Shown piece after piece: positions 47,033-57,131 of a stretch of 64,000 nucleotides of DNA. Source of the DNA: an uncultured Candidatus Poseidoniales archaeon (GTDB taxonomy: Archaea > Thermoplasmatota > Poseidoniia > Poseidoniales > Thalassarchaeaceae); contig CAZXZO010000004.1 in assembly GCA_964645485.1 (NCBI GenBank), positions 1-64,000 on the forward strand, in the 5' to 3' direction. The translations under genes and the position numbers were made by a program. How positions within the stretch are numbered: the first letter of the stretch is position 1; each line of letters opens with the position of its first letter. A model generated the notes under the pieces. That model was not told the DNA's origin. It worked only from the letters and a program-made list of their open reading frames with translations, and did not search any database.

Positions 47033-48856
47033 ATGAGGCTCTGTATATTCTGCCTGACAATTTTAATCGGTTCTCTTGCTTTTCCACTGTTTGATTCTAC
47101 ATATATTTCAGAGAGTGAAAATAATCAACTCTCAATGAATAAAATGCATGGCGTACAGATAAATTCATCTGGAACTGATTCATCTTTTTTCTCATCATTA
47201 TATCAACCAATTTTGATTGATGGAGGAGGTTTTCCAAAATTACTAGGTCAGTCTCATATTTTAGCTGCAGATATTCAACTCTCTAGCAATCAAATCTCAG
47301 TTATTTACAAAAACAATCAATATGACTTACTGCTATTTGAATCAAATCTGTTTAATTTTCCAGTAAACTCAAGTCATTTTTCTGGTTGGGTAATAAACGA
47401 CCCATATTCAATTGTAACCTTAAGTTATGGTCAATATACAGATGACTTCAATTTATACATATCAACTAGCGAAGGTAGGAACATATTCATTGAGGGTTGG
47501 AATCAAGAACTGCATGAACTGTTTGAGCTTACGGCTGACCATGATGAATTAATTATTTATGATAATGAAGATATTATGGATGCTTCTAACATAGAATTTC
47601 AACCTTCTACGCCTAATTTTATTAATCAACGATATTTAACTTATGCATCCAACGGAAATCAGGTGGTATTACCTGATACAAGTAAATTATTAAGGATTAA
47701 GATGATTCTAGATTCTTCATCATCTAGTAGTTGGTCAAAAATTAAAACTGCATTAACATTTGCTAACGGGATTTTTGAAGGTGCCGCTGTTACTAAACTT
47801 TTTGTTGAACAGAGAGAAGATTTTACCAATTCAGAGGTACTTCAATTAGATAGTAATGCTGATTGTGATGGCAACACCTTTAGATTAATTGACGACCTTC
47901 CAAACAATCCAAAAGCGGACGATTCAAGTTGGAACGCTTGGGGTAAAGGTGAGAGATTTGATGTAATTATCTACTACACTGAAGATTCTCATTTTGTATT
48001 TAAATCACCCATAATGGGATGTGCAAAGAGACCTGATAAGGGTATTCCTGCAATAAATAAAGCATTGAATGCTTACATTGATTCAGATAGTTGTTTTTCA
48101 AATAAGTGTTGGGCAATTATCCTGAGCCACGAAATTGGACATACTCTGACGCTAGAGCATAATGATGGGGATTGTAATTGGTATAGCAAAACGGTGATGT
48201 GCACACCATATTCTTTCATTTCATCAACCCTTACTTGGTCTGCTAATTCTATTATCTACCTCACAAATGTGGATTTGAACAACGCAGCTGGATTAGCTTG
48301 GTTACGTCACTCTAGAGAAATTACCCAAGGTAATTTGTTAGTCGATTCACAATCCATTTCACTTTCATATTTTAATATTGATGTTCTAAACCCTATGATT
48401 TTTTCTTGCGATGTTCTTTTTCGGGTAACTTATAACCTTCAACAACAGCCAAATTTAATGCCAAATAGTGTAGCGGAATTTTTTGTTGGTGTTCGTAGTT
48501 CTTATATCAGAGGTTTACCAGGTGAATGGGATATGTGGCAAGGTTATGATAGGCCTATAAATGGGCATTTCATACCCCCTGGAGGTTATCTTTGGGTGAG
48601 CGGCTGGATGAAAGCGAGGGACTTAGTGAATGTGGATCCGAGTATTTTAATTACCTATGGATGCCAAATTAGCAAGCATAAATCCGACCAACAATTACAT
48701 ATTTTTCAACCCAAAAATGTAAATGACCCCCAATACTCACTTGTTCATTCTTGGAGCTTTTGGCCAGTTTACAATTTTGGTTCAACTTATCAACCACCCT
48801 ATGCTCATTATTCAAATTTCATGGCCGCAGAAATTAATATATTTGTCTTAAATTGA
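47033..48856 (+). CDS. Exported metzincin (reprolysin/M12-like) zinc metalloprotease
   Basis: Signal peptide; HEIGHTLTLEH zinc motif followed by a Met-turn (TVMC); AT-rich. Confidence 0.72.
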   Translation: MRLCIFCLTILIGSLAFPLFDSTYISESENNQLSMNKMHGVQINSSGTDSSFFSSLYQPILIDGGGFPKLLGQSHILAADIQLSSNQISVIYKNNQYDLLLFESNLFNFPVNSSHFSGWVINDPYSIVTLSYGQYTDDFNLYISTSEGRNIFIEGWNQELHELFELTADHDELIIYDNEDIMDASNIEFQPSTPNFINQRYLTYASNGNQVVLPDTSKLLRIKMILDSSSSSSWSKIKTALTFANGIFEGAAVTKLFVEQREDFTNSEVLQLDSNADCDGNTFRLIDDLPNNPKADDSSWNAWGKGERFDVIIYYTEDSHFVFKSPIMGCAKRPDKGIPAINKALNAYIDSDSCFSNKCWAIILSHEIGHTLTLEHNDGDCNWYSKTVMCTPYSFISSTLTWSANSIIYLTNVDLNNAAGLAWLRHSREITQGNLLVDSQSISLSYFNIDVLNPMIFSCDVLFRVTYNLQQQPNLMPNSVAEFFVGVRSSYIRGLPGEWDMWQGYDRPINGHFIPPGGYLWVSGWMKARDLVNVDPSILITYGCQISKHKSDQQLHIFQPKNVNDPQYSLVHSWSFWPVYNFGSTYQPPYAHYSNFMAAEINIFVLN

Positions 48857-48857
48857 A

Positions 48858-49409
48858 ATGGTGATTATTATCAATAATATATATGTATTCAGTATACTTG
48901 CACTGTTACTGTTGTTTTCACCGGGCTGTTTTAGTAATGACGAGCAAGAAGATCCAGAAACATTTGTCACACTAGATATTAGTGTTGTGAATCCGATTGG
49001 TGAAACCATCTATCTTCTAGTACCGGAACCTAATTATGAGATTACTGAAAAATTCATCAATGATCATCAAAATATTACTTCGGTTGTTCATAAACAAAAG
49101 GATTATCTGAAAATTGAAATAAATGAAAATACCAGTTATCGTTCATCTTTTAGTTCAGCCTTTAAAGGCAAATATTATTGGGGTGGTGAATTTCATTCAA
49201 CTCAACACCCGAATACATTTTACACTATGGATAATGTATCTAGTTATTCAGATTCTGACGAAGAAACATCGATCATTTTTCAGATGAGAATTGGAGGGAC
49301 TGATGGTGACCCTTTGGCCGGTTGCAGGGATGCAATACTCTCTGCTGAATTGGTGGTTGGTGAATCTAAAATGGTGCCGTATATTATTCCTGAATGTATG
49401 TCGGCTTGA
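48858..49409 (+). CDS. Hypothetical lipoprotein-like exported protein
   Basis: Hydrophobic N-terminus ending in SPGC; abuts the protease stop; AT-rich. Confidence 0.65.
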   Translation: MVIIINNIYVFSILALLLLFSPGCFSNDEQEDPETFVTLDISVVNPIGETIYLLVPEPNYEITEKFINDHQNITSVVHKQKDYLKIEINENTSYRSSFSSAFKGKYYWGGEFHSTQHPNTFYTMDNVSSYSDSDEETSIIFQMRIGGTDGDPLAGCRDAILSAELVVGESKMVPYIIPECMSA

Positions 49410-49899
49410 AAAAAATATTAGTATTTTTCAATTTCATTTTTCAAACATTTATACGTAGAATCTCTTACTACGAGTTAACTCATTGATGTTCTGAATATTT
49501 AATTTCTCACTTTACCAAAACCATCTACCCGTAGGGCAAATCATTAGAGAAAGGTTTTCCTGGCACAATCAAATTTACAACATGAATTAACAGAAGACGG
49601 AATACAGACTTAACCACCCAAATACGCCCGAAGGGTCAACAATTGAGGTAAGAATTTTCTTGACTTTATCATAATGCGAATAATCTCAATCGATTCAGCA
49701 ATGGGGCTTCTCACCCATTTCTGAATCTTGCACAGAATAAATGTCTGAGGCCTAGGGGCCGAAGACTGAGTTGGACTAAAATTCGAAGCGTTCGTTGTCA
49801 TAAGATTACAATCGGCATGAGGTTTGCTCAGAAGGAGGCGGTAGCCCCCTTTAGAACCAACATTGATGAGTAGGACACCGGTCGCACGGTTTAGTTCAC

Positions 49900-50883
49900 A
49901 TGGCTATTGACATGACAGAGATGCGACACGGCACAGAACTGCTGAAGCGAGGATTCGCAAAAATGCAGGAAGGCGGCGTCATAATGGATGTTGTAACACC
50001 CGAGCAAGCACAGATTGCAGAAGATGCCGGCGCAACTTCAGTGATGGCGCTAGAACGTGTGCCATCCGATATACGAGCTGACGGTGGTGTAGCCCGAATG
50101 AGTCACCCTGATCTTATCAGAGGAATCATTGAGACAACTTCTATTCCAGTAATGGCAAAGGCTAGAATCGGGCACAGTGAAGAGGCCAGAGTTTTGGAAG
50201 CACTTGGCGTTGATATGGTGGATGAATCAGAGGTGCTGACTCCAGCAGACCCATTTTATCACATCCCAAAAAACGATTTCACCATTCCTTTTGTCTGTGG
50301 GTGCACCAACCTTGGTGAGGCTGTTAGGCGTATATTCGAGGGTGCTGCTATGATGCGTACGAAGGGCGAAGCAGGAACTGGAAATGTGGTTTGTGCGATG
50401 CAACACGCAAGATTGGTTGCTCAAGAAATTGATTGGCTCCAAAGATGTGACGAGGAAGATTATTCATTTGCTGTTGAGCAAATTGTTGAAGGTTTCCTCA
50501 AAATGGAATATGAAAGTGAGTTGGCGATTGAACTGGCTAGCACACCGTTTGGCACAGTTGACGAATGCATTGCAGGAGTTGAGGAGATTCTTGAGGATGT
50601 CAAGCGAATGGGGCGCCTACCAGTTGTCACTTTTTCTGCTGGAGGGATTGCAACACCAGCGGATGCGGCATTATTGATGCAGACTGGTATGGATGGGATT
50701 TTTGTTGGTTCTGGGATCTTCAAGTCAGAAGACCCAGTGACAACTGCGCAAGCGATTGTGCATGCAACTCATCATTTCAATGACCCTGAAAAGATTGCTG
50801 AAGCATCTACGATGATGGTTAATCCAATGCCTGGTCTTGAGATTGAATCTCTAGATGTCAGGATGGATCAGCGCGGCAATTGA
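49900..50883 (+). CDS. pdxS: Pyridoxal 5'-phosphate synthase lyase subunit
   Basis: [56 protein letters not shown]. Confidence 0.96.
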   Translation: MAIDMTEMRHGTELLKRGFAKMQEGGVIMDVVTPEQAQIAEDAGATSVMALERVPSDIRADGGVARMSHPDLIRGIIETTSIPVMAKARIGHSEEARVLEALGVDMVDESEVLTPADPFYHIPKNDFTIPFVCGCTNLGEAVRRIFEGAAMMRTKGEAGTGNVVCAMQHARLVAQEIDWLQRCDEEDYSFAVEQIVEGFLKMEYESELAIELASTPFGTVDECIAGVEEILEDVKRMGRLPVVTFSAGGIATPADAALLMQTGMDGIFVGSGIFKSEDPVTTAQAIVHATHHFNDPEKIAEASTMMVNPMPGLEIESLDVRMDQRGN

Positions 50884-50918
50884 TTGTTTATATTCAAGGA
50901 ATAGATGACAATATTCCT

Positions 50919-51536
50919 TTATTCTTCGTTTTCGAACTCACCCAAATATTCAATTGCGGTTTCAAGGATTGATATGTCGTCTTTGAAACGCCCTAGCCCA
51001 GTGTTACAACTATCGCAAATCCATCCTCTCCCTTTCCCTGTTTGATGGTCATGGTCCATGCGAGGAGGTGCTCTCATATTTTCAACGATGTACAATTTTC
51101 TACAAATGGGGCATGTCCAAATTCCGTTTGGTTTAGTTTTCCTCATTCTCTTCTTTTCAGTTGCAGACATACTAACCCCATCTATTGTTGCTCTACAATC
51201 TATGCATGAAGGACGATATGTATGTCTTCCTTTGCTATCAGTTTGATTTCGGTCAAACTCTGTTCTTCTGTCTTTCAAAATGTAGCAGCGGTCACACACT
51301 TTTCTGTCATGACAAGTACAGATTCCATCGCAAGTTGTGCATGGATGAGTTTTTTTCTTGCCGGTTTCATGAATATCAAATTCTTCTACTTGTTGGGGTT
51401 CTACTTGCACAAGGCGAGATTCATTAATGAAGAAAATTTCTAAGTTTCCATTTGTTAATTTACCTCTGTATTGTCCTACAGAGTTTAGTCTTACATCCAG
51501 TACATCAACTGCTCTGAAATATCTCCACTGAGTCAC
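50919..51536 (-). CDS. Type II restriction endonuclease, Hpy99I-like (beta-beta-alpha-Me/Endo VII fold)
   Basis: CDRC, NQTDSKGRHTYRPSCIDCR, CPIC, DHDH and WICDSCNTGLGRFKD match my recollection of R.Hpy99I; adjacent to a methyltransferase. Confidence 0.82.
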   Translation of the reverse strand: MTQWRYFRAVDVLDVRLNSVGQYRGKLTNGNLEIFFINESRLVQVEPQQVEEFDIHETGKKKTHPCTTCDGICTCHDRKVCDRCYILKDRRTEFDRNQTDSKGRHTYRPSCIDCRATIDGVSMSATEKKRMRKTKPNGIWTCPICRKLYIVENMRAPPRMDHDHQTGKGRGWICDSCNTGLGRFKDDISILETAIEYLGEFENEE

Positions 51537-51577
51537 AAAACGGTCAGAATTGGCGACCTATTTAACTGCCGGGTAAA

Positions 51578-52414
51578 TTATTCAAACTCGATACCTAATT
51601 TGGTTTGAGCCTTCAGCTCCTTTTCAAAATTACCGACACGTTCAGTTGCAATCTCAATGTATTCTTCGGATATGTCAGTTCCAATGTAATTACGCCCATG
51701 TTTAACAGCCATCTTTGGAGTTGTACCTGAACCACACATTGGGTCAAAAACCAAGTCACCTTCGTTAGTCCAAGATAAGATGTGATCTTCCGCTAATTTT
51801 TCGGGGAAAACTGCTGGGTGTTGGAAGGCGATTTTATCGCTTGTGGTGCCGTGCAATCCAACAGCGTAATCCCAAATATTTGTACGTGTTTTTGTGTTAT
51901 TTAACTTGCCTAACGTCTTTTTGTTTACTCCGTCAGACCCCTTGTTAAAAGGCATCATTTCCATTCCTTGCCTAACCGTTTGGTCGGTAAGAGGATTGAA
52001 GGTATTTGGTTTCCCTTTAGTGAAGACATGCATGTACTCGTAACAATTTGTATAAGCATTTGAACGCATAAATGGTGTGTTCTTTTTGCGATAAATCATG
52101 ATATCATGTGCATTAAAGCCCAATTCTTGGAAGTATAGTGCTTGTCGAAAACTGGTAAGTGAACGATTTCCTTTGTGAATTCTGTCTCCTACAACCCACA
52201 CAACAACGCCGCCTTCCTTAGTGACTCGGTACAATCCCTGTGCTATGCCTTCAAAGTCAAATGAATATCCTTTGTAATCTCGAAGATTGTCATAGGGTGG
52301 AGAGGTGACTGTAAGGTCAACCGAGTTTTCATCCATCTTTTCCATGAATTCAACACAGTTGGTGGCAATGAGTCTATTCACTTGCATTCCCAACACCGCA
52401 TCCTGTCTCATCAT
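51578..52414 (-). CDS. DNA methyltransferase, beta class, probably N4-cytosine
   Basis: VTSPPY motif IV near the N-terminus, HPAVFP, and DPMCGSGTT motif I near the C-terminus. Confidence 0.92.
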   Translation of the reverse strand: MMRQDAVLGMQVNRLIATNCVEFMEKMDENSVDLTVTSPPYDNLRDYKGYSFDFEGIAQGLYRVTKEGGVVVWVVGDRIHKGNRSLTSFRQALYFQELGFNAHDIMIYRKKNTPFMRSNAYTNCYEYMHVFTKGKPNTFNPLTDQTVRQGMEMMPFNKGSDGVNKKTLGKLNNTKTRTNIWDYAVGLHGTTSDKIAFQHPAVFPEKLAEDHILSWTNEGDLVFDPMCGSGTTPKMAVKHGRNYIGTDISEEYIEIATERVGNFEKELKAQTKLGIEFE

Positions 52415-52477
52415 TTAGTTGAGGGTAGTTAAGCCTTGAGTGATTTCTTATCCTCTTGACCAACTGTTCACCTCAAA

Positions 52478-52978
52478 TCAAGGCCTTTCGTAAGTAGCGA
52501 ATGCCATATCAAACGGGTTCTTGTCATCAGCCCTTCTTGTTTCCCGTGTGATTTCTTCCCAGTCGTCCCAGTTTATGTAAGGGAACCAAGTGTCTCCACC
52601 GCCAACTTTTGCCTTCACATGGGTTACTAATAATCTATCACAGCGATTGAGCATGGTAGCATAAATTGCACCACCTCCAATAACCCAAGCCCAGCCATCT
52701 ATTCCAGCATCAATTGCTGAAACTTCTAGAGCATCTGAGATGTCGTGTACTATCTCAACACCCTCAACAAACCAGTCCATGTCACGAGTGAGTACCACGT
52801 TAAGCCGACCGGGTAACGGCCGCCCAATGGCCTCGTAGGTTTTTCTCCCCATTATTATCGGGCAACCCATAGTTGAGCGTTTGAAATGTGCTAAATCGGC
52901 TGGGAGATTCCAAGGCATAACACCGTCACGCCCGATAACCCCATCTTCATCCATTGCCACAATCATTCCTAGCTTCAT
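52478..52978 (-). CDS. folA: Dihydrofolate reductase
   Basis: IVAMDEDGVIGRDGVMPWNLPADLAHFK, MGRKT, RPLPGRLNVVLT, IGGGAIY, DTWFP. Confidence 0.95.
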   Translation of the reverse strand: MKLGMIVAMDEDGVIGRDGVMPWNLPADLAHFKRSTMGCPIIMGRKTYEAIGRPLPGRLNVVLTRDMDWFVEGVEIVHDISDALEVSAIDAGIDGWAWVIGGGAIYATMLNRCDRLLVTHVKAKVGGGDTWFPYINWDDWEEITRETRRADDKNPFDMAFATYERP

Positions 52979-52988
52979 CTTTTTCACC

Positions 52989-53783
52989 TCATACGCTAAT
53001 CGGGGCCCTGATATGTGGATGGTGATTGTAATCCACAATTTCGATATCATCATAAGAAAAATCATCGATTTCAGTACATTCTGGATTGAGTTTCAACTTA
53101 GGTAATTCTAATGGGACCCTTCCAACTTGCTCTCTTGCTTGCTCAAGATGATTCAAGTAAAGGTGAGCATCGCCAATAGTGTGAATGAAATCTCCTGGTT
53201 TCAAGCCACAAACTTGGGCCATCATACAAGTTAGCAAACTGTATGACGAGATATTGAATGGCACTCCTAAAAATACGTCTGCACTACGCTGATAAAGTTG
53301 GCAGGATAATTCACCATTTGCAACGTAAAATTGGAAGAATGCATGGCAGGGCATCAGTGCCATATCATCTAATTCACCTACATTCCAAGCAGACACAATG
53401 ATTCTTCGTGACCCTGGGTTTTCTCGTAGTTGGGCAACGGCTTCCTTTATTTGGTCAACAACTCGGCCATCATTTCCTTCCCAAGCACGCCATTGTTTGC
53501 CATATACTGGGCCAAGGTCGCCATTCTCATCAGCCCACTCGTTCCATATTCTGACTTTGTTGTCAGTCAAATAGCGGGTGTTTGTATCACCTGACAAAAA
53601 CCAGAGTAGTTCGTGAATGATTGACGGCCAGTGAACTCGCTTGGTGGTGATAGCGGGAAACCCTCTTCTCAAGTCGTATCTTGATTGGTGCCCGAACACA
53701 GAAATTGTGCCAGTTCCTGTTCTATCATCACGCTCTACACCCTCTTGAAGGATGAGTTTGAGTAGATGCTGATACTGGTCCAT
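52989..53783 (-). CDS. thyA: Thymidylate synthase (bacterial type)
   Basis: [44 protein letters not shown]. Confidence 0.97.
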   Translation of the reverse strand: MDQYQHLLKLILQEGVERDDRTGTGTISVFGHQSRYDLRRGFPAITTKRVHWPSIIHELLWFLSGDTNTRYLTDNKVRIWNEWADENGDLGPVYGKQWRAWEGNDGRVVDQIKEAVAQLRENPGSRRIIVSAWNVGELDDMALMPCHAFFQFYVANGELSCQLYQRSADVFLGVPFNISSYSLLTCMMAQVCGLKPGDFIHTIGDAHLYLNHLEQAREQVGRVPLELPKLKLNPECTEIDDFSYDDIEIVDYNHHPHIRAPISV

Positions 53784-53854
53784 ACTGACGCCGGCATCAA
53801 GGGGGGAATTGACGCACTAAGAACAAATCGCATAACTTTCCCGATACACCGGGT

Positions 53855-54664
53855 TCATGGCGCACCTAGTGCTTGGATAGTTGCAATGCTTTGATTAGTG
53901 AATTGCCGGTATAATTTTCTGAGTTCTTGGCGCTGTTTCTCTTCTGACATTGCTTCAATTTTTGCAATTTTTTCATCATCCAAATTTGCGCCATCGGGAT
54001 GGCCAGCCCATTCATTCCAAGTTATTGGGCTGGCAAATTTTAATTCAGTTCGTTTCCAGGTACGTGGTAGAAATGGTTCACCCGGTGCTAGGATTTCTCT
54101 TGCACCGTTTATTCCGCAAAATACGATTGGAGTATTAGGAAAAGCCGCGGCGATTCTAGCGATCCCTGTTTTTCCTCGGCTGAGATATGGTGGAGATGTG
54201 TTTCTAGAGCGAGTTCCTTCGGGAAAAATTCCGAGTGGTAACCCTGCCGCTATCACATCTGCTGCCCGAGCGATTGCATCATCACCACCCTTCTGCCTAT
54301 CTGTTTCAACTTGACCAGTTGCTAGCATCAATTGCTTCCAACCTAGTCTGTTAAAGTGTTCATTTTTGGCTAAAAAAAACAATTTTCTTCTCGAACTAAA
54401 AATTGTTAGAACCGGGTCAAGGTGTGAAAGGTGATTAGCAGCAAGTATCATTGGACCTTTTCTTGGTATATGTTCCATCCCTGAAATCTTTAATCTCGTA
54501 ATCATATTAATGAATGGAATAGCGAAATTTAGCAAGCCACTGTAAAGAGGTGTTGGTGGCAAAGGGCGATTGGCTGGTTCTACTTCAGTGAGTTTACCTA
54601 AGCGAGCGCGTCCCTCACTGGTTAAATCACCCATATTCAACTCGGCTAGGTTAGAGGTTTTCAT
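53855..54664 (-). CDS. plsC: 1-acyl-sn-glycerol-3-phosphate acyltransferase
   Basis: ANHLSHLD (HX4D), FLAK, FPEGTRS, GKTG. The start could be 54634. Confidence 0.88.
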   Translation of the reverse strand: MKTSNLAELNMGDLTSEGRARLGKLTEVEPANRPLPPTPLYSGLLNFAIPFINMITRLKISGMEHIPRKGPMILAANHLSHLDPVLTIFSSRRKLFFLAKNEHFNRLGWKQLMLATGQVETDRQKGGDDAIARAADVIAAGLPLGIFPEGTRSRNTSPPYLSRGKTGIARIAAAFPNTPIVFCGINGAREILAPGEPFLPRTWKRTELKFASPITWNEWAGHPDGANLDDEKIAKIEAMSEEKQRQELRKLYRQFTNQSIATIQALGAP

Positions 54665-54725
54665 GGTTATCGGGACAACAGGCCTGACCGCGCTGTTCTT
54701 GAAAGGGTGGCTCGTGGGCCGGCAT

Positions 54726-55901
54726 ATGCTCACAGGGCGGGTAGTCGCACTCATTTTGTTTGGGTTACTCATGCTGCCTCTTTATGCCCCCGTTGGAGCA
54801 GAGTGGGAAGAAGATACTTGGCTTACTACAATAATTGGCCCAGAGAGACTAGCCTTAGGGGATGAATTTGGTTGCCATGGCATGGCTGGCAGTGAAACAT
54901 CAGATTATGAACTTGAAATTTCACAATGTAGGGATTATCTGACTGGCCGAATAAATGCGTCAAAATGGGCGGCCAATCCTATTTCATTGGGTATAGATTC
55001 AGATAGATTGAGTGAAATCGATTCTGCGGCAATTACTGATGCAGGATTTGCAGTTGTAGACCAGCAAATCCTGCCTTTGAATCCACAATTAAAAAATATA
55101 TCATATAATGGCGGCTCACTGGAGAAAGATAGGCAGACTATCGACCAGTTCGAAGGGTTGATTGAAGAAGGAGAACCATTGATTAATTTTTATTGGCATG
55201 CACGTGACCATGACGTAATAGTGCGGCCTAATTCTGAATTAGTAGCATCTATAGAATCAACCACTGCGTGGTTTACTACGTGGGGTGAACACGCATCTTA
55301 TCAAGTTACGAAAAGCGAATTCTCACTAAATAATTCCATTCCTGAGTCATGGGTAGTGACATTTGAAAGCAATTCTCAATCAAGTGATGGAGTCTTTTGG
55401 GAGGTGCCAATAACAAATAAATTCACAAGCATAAATGCAGATGTTGTTTCAGTAAATGATGGCACTAATTCATTGGATGAATTGGAGATTGATTCACCTC
55501 ATTTACAGACCGGATGGCATCAAGAAAATAATAGTTTAATTTTGACATTGATGCCTGGACAACAAGTTACAATTAATTTCGATGCAGATGCAAATAATGA
55601 TTCCACCCCCCAAATCTGTGAACGTTTCAACTGCCATGTAGTTGCTATCACGGTTACAGGAATCCACACAAGTGATTTGTTTGATTGGTCTCGTCGTTGG
55701 GATGATACACCAATGCGCTTCACTTGGTTAGTTGAGCCACGGGAAGTTTCTGAATTTAGTTGGGTTCTACCTGCTATGGCAGTCATTGTAGCACTTAGTG
55801 CTCCGGTTGCAATAATCTGGTTAGTGAAAAATGATCGTCGGGCACAGCAAGCAATTTCAGTTTTGAATTCATTGGATAAACTGAAAATTGAAGAAGAATG
55901 A
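54726..55901 (+). CDS. Hypothetical exported protein with C-terminal membrane anchor
   Basis: Signal peptide from MLTGRVV, large acidic domain, C-terminal TM helix. Confidence 0.7.
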   Translation: MLTGRVVALILFGLLMLPLYAPVGAEWEEDTWLTTIIGPERLALGDEFGCHGMAGSETSDYELEISQCRDYLTGRINASKWAANPISLGIDSDRLSEIDSAAITDAGFAVVDQQILPLNPQLKNISYNGGSLEKDRQTIDQFEGLIEEGEPLINFYWHARDHDVIVRPNSELVASIESTTAWFTTWGEHASYQVTKSEFSLNNSIPESWVVTFESNSQSSDGVFWEVPITNKFTSINADVVSVNDGTNSLDELEIDSPHLQTGWHQENNSLILTLMPGQQVTINFDADANNDSTPQICERFNCHVVAITVTGIHTSDLFDWSRRWDDTPMRFTWLVEPREVSEFSWVLPAMAVIVALSAPVAIIWLVKNDRRAQQAISVLNSLDKLKIEEE

Positions 55902-55940
55902 TGCTATAATGAAGCGCCAGAATATCGGGTTAGCAGTTCT

Positions 55941-57020
55941 TCAATTCAACTCTGTTCTAGTTATTTCAGCTCCCGTACTGCGAAGCCGACTGACTATTTC
56001 ATCTAAATCTGAGTAATAATTGTCAGGTGACTGGATACCTTGAATCCTGCCGCCAAGCAAAGCCTCACAGGCTACTAAAAATGGGATTCCAGTTGCTACC
56101 GCCATTGATGGCCAGTCCCTATTTTCCGATTCATCTATCCCCGGTATGTAGAACTCCCAACGTACTACTGGTCCATTGTTTTGTGTGATGGTAATATCCA
56201 TGTAAGTAAACTCTGACCTGTCAGTTGTGTAAGCCCACTGTTGTACGAGTTCTTGTTCATTCAAGGCTCCGCTTTCCCTCAATTCAAGGAATTTTTCTAT
56301 GTGCCCCGGCCAGCGAACAGTATATTCTGATAAAGAATCACAAGTTATGTCAGGGTTGGTTAGGAGAGACCTCAACCCGTCGGTCAGAAAAGCCTCCATC
56401 TCACCGTGATTTCCGGCATTGAAAATGTGGCGGTCAGAAATCGCTGGCACTTCTTTTTCTTGGCCATCAATTCTTATTCTTGCTGGCCTCGTATATTCTT
56501 CAATCACATCGGTAGGCGAGAACGGGGCGCAATAACTCCATTCAGAATCTTGGGTGACAGGATTCCCACCTACGCGAATCTTCACTGATTGTATGGCGGG
56601 AAATCTCTTTTGTTCAGACATTACCACCATGTTTGACACACCAGGAGCAATTCCACAATCATGAATCATCGATGCCCCAGATTGTTCAGCAAGTTGACTA
56701 AATCTATCAGGTGAATTGTCTGAGAATGCTAAATCACAGACTTTAACTCCATTTGTAATCAGGTGTTCACGTATAGAATCTCCAATTCTTCCGGGCAATA
56801 AGTTGAGAATCAAATCATATTGAGTTAGGTCACAATTTGCTAAATGAGAGATGGCATCCCCATCAATTAAAGAAAATGAGAGATTTTTTCTGACTTTATC
56901 CAACATGGGGACTTCATCATGGTTCACAGCGACAGCAGTGACATTATGGCCATTCTTGGCTAATTCATCACAAATGAAAGAACCAACAAGGCCAGCCCCA
57001 AAAGACAGAATCATAGCCAT
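55941..57020 (-). CDS. Saccharopine dehydrogenase / lysine 6-dehydrogenase family oxidoreductase
   Basis: GAGLVG Rossmann motif, DCGIAPGVSN, VGGNP, EEYTRPA, TDGLRSL, TVRWPGH. Confidence 0.85.
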   Translation of the reverse strand: MAMILSFGAGLVGSFICDELAKNGHNVTAVAVNHDEVPMLDKVRKNLSFSLIDGDAISHLANCDLTQYDLILNLLPGRIGDSIREHLITNGVKVCDLAFSDNSPDRFSQLAEQSGASMIHDCGIAPGVSNMVVMSEQKRFPAIQSVKIRVGGNPVTQDSEWSYCAPFSPTDVIEEYTRPARIRIDGQEKEVPAISDRHIFNAGNHGEMEAFLTDGLRSLLTNPDITCDSLSEYTVRWPGHIEKFLELRESGALNEQELVQQWAYTTDRSEFTYMDITITQNNGPVVRWEFYIPGIDESENRDWPSMAVATGIPFLVACEALLGGRIQGIQSPDNYYSDLDEIVSRLRSTGAEITRTELN

Positions 57021-57131
57021 ATCTTTCGTGAGGGGCGGCTAGTATATTTGATTTCAACAATGGCTACCTTCGACGTGTTACAGCCGTAGCATTCATGCCA
57101 TTGATGCTTACGAGACCGGTTCGGGGAGCAG

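Larger units (their letters stand above)
46424..49890. mobile_element. AT-rich accessory island (boundaries approximate, no mobility gene seen)
   Basis: Hand counts: 17 and 22 G+C per 60 nt at lines 47281 and 47041, against 29 per 60 in rpoB (line 28021). Flanked by ~600-bp and ~490-bp gene-free stretches in an otherwise tightly packed genome. Confidence 0.55.

Noticed and set aside
50395-50620. Novel insertion in PdxS
   Set aside because: Longer PdxS forms with an insertion here are, to my knowledge, common in Thermococcales, Thermoplasmatales and Sulfolobales.
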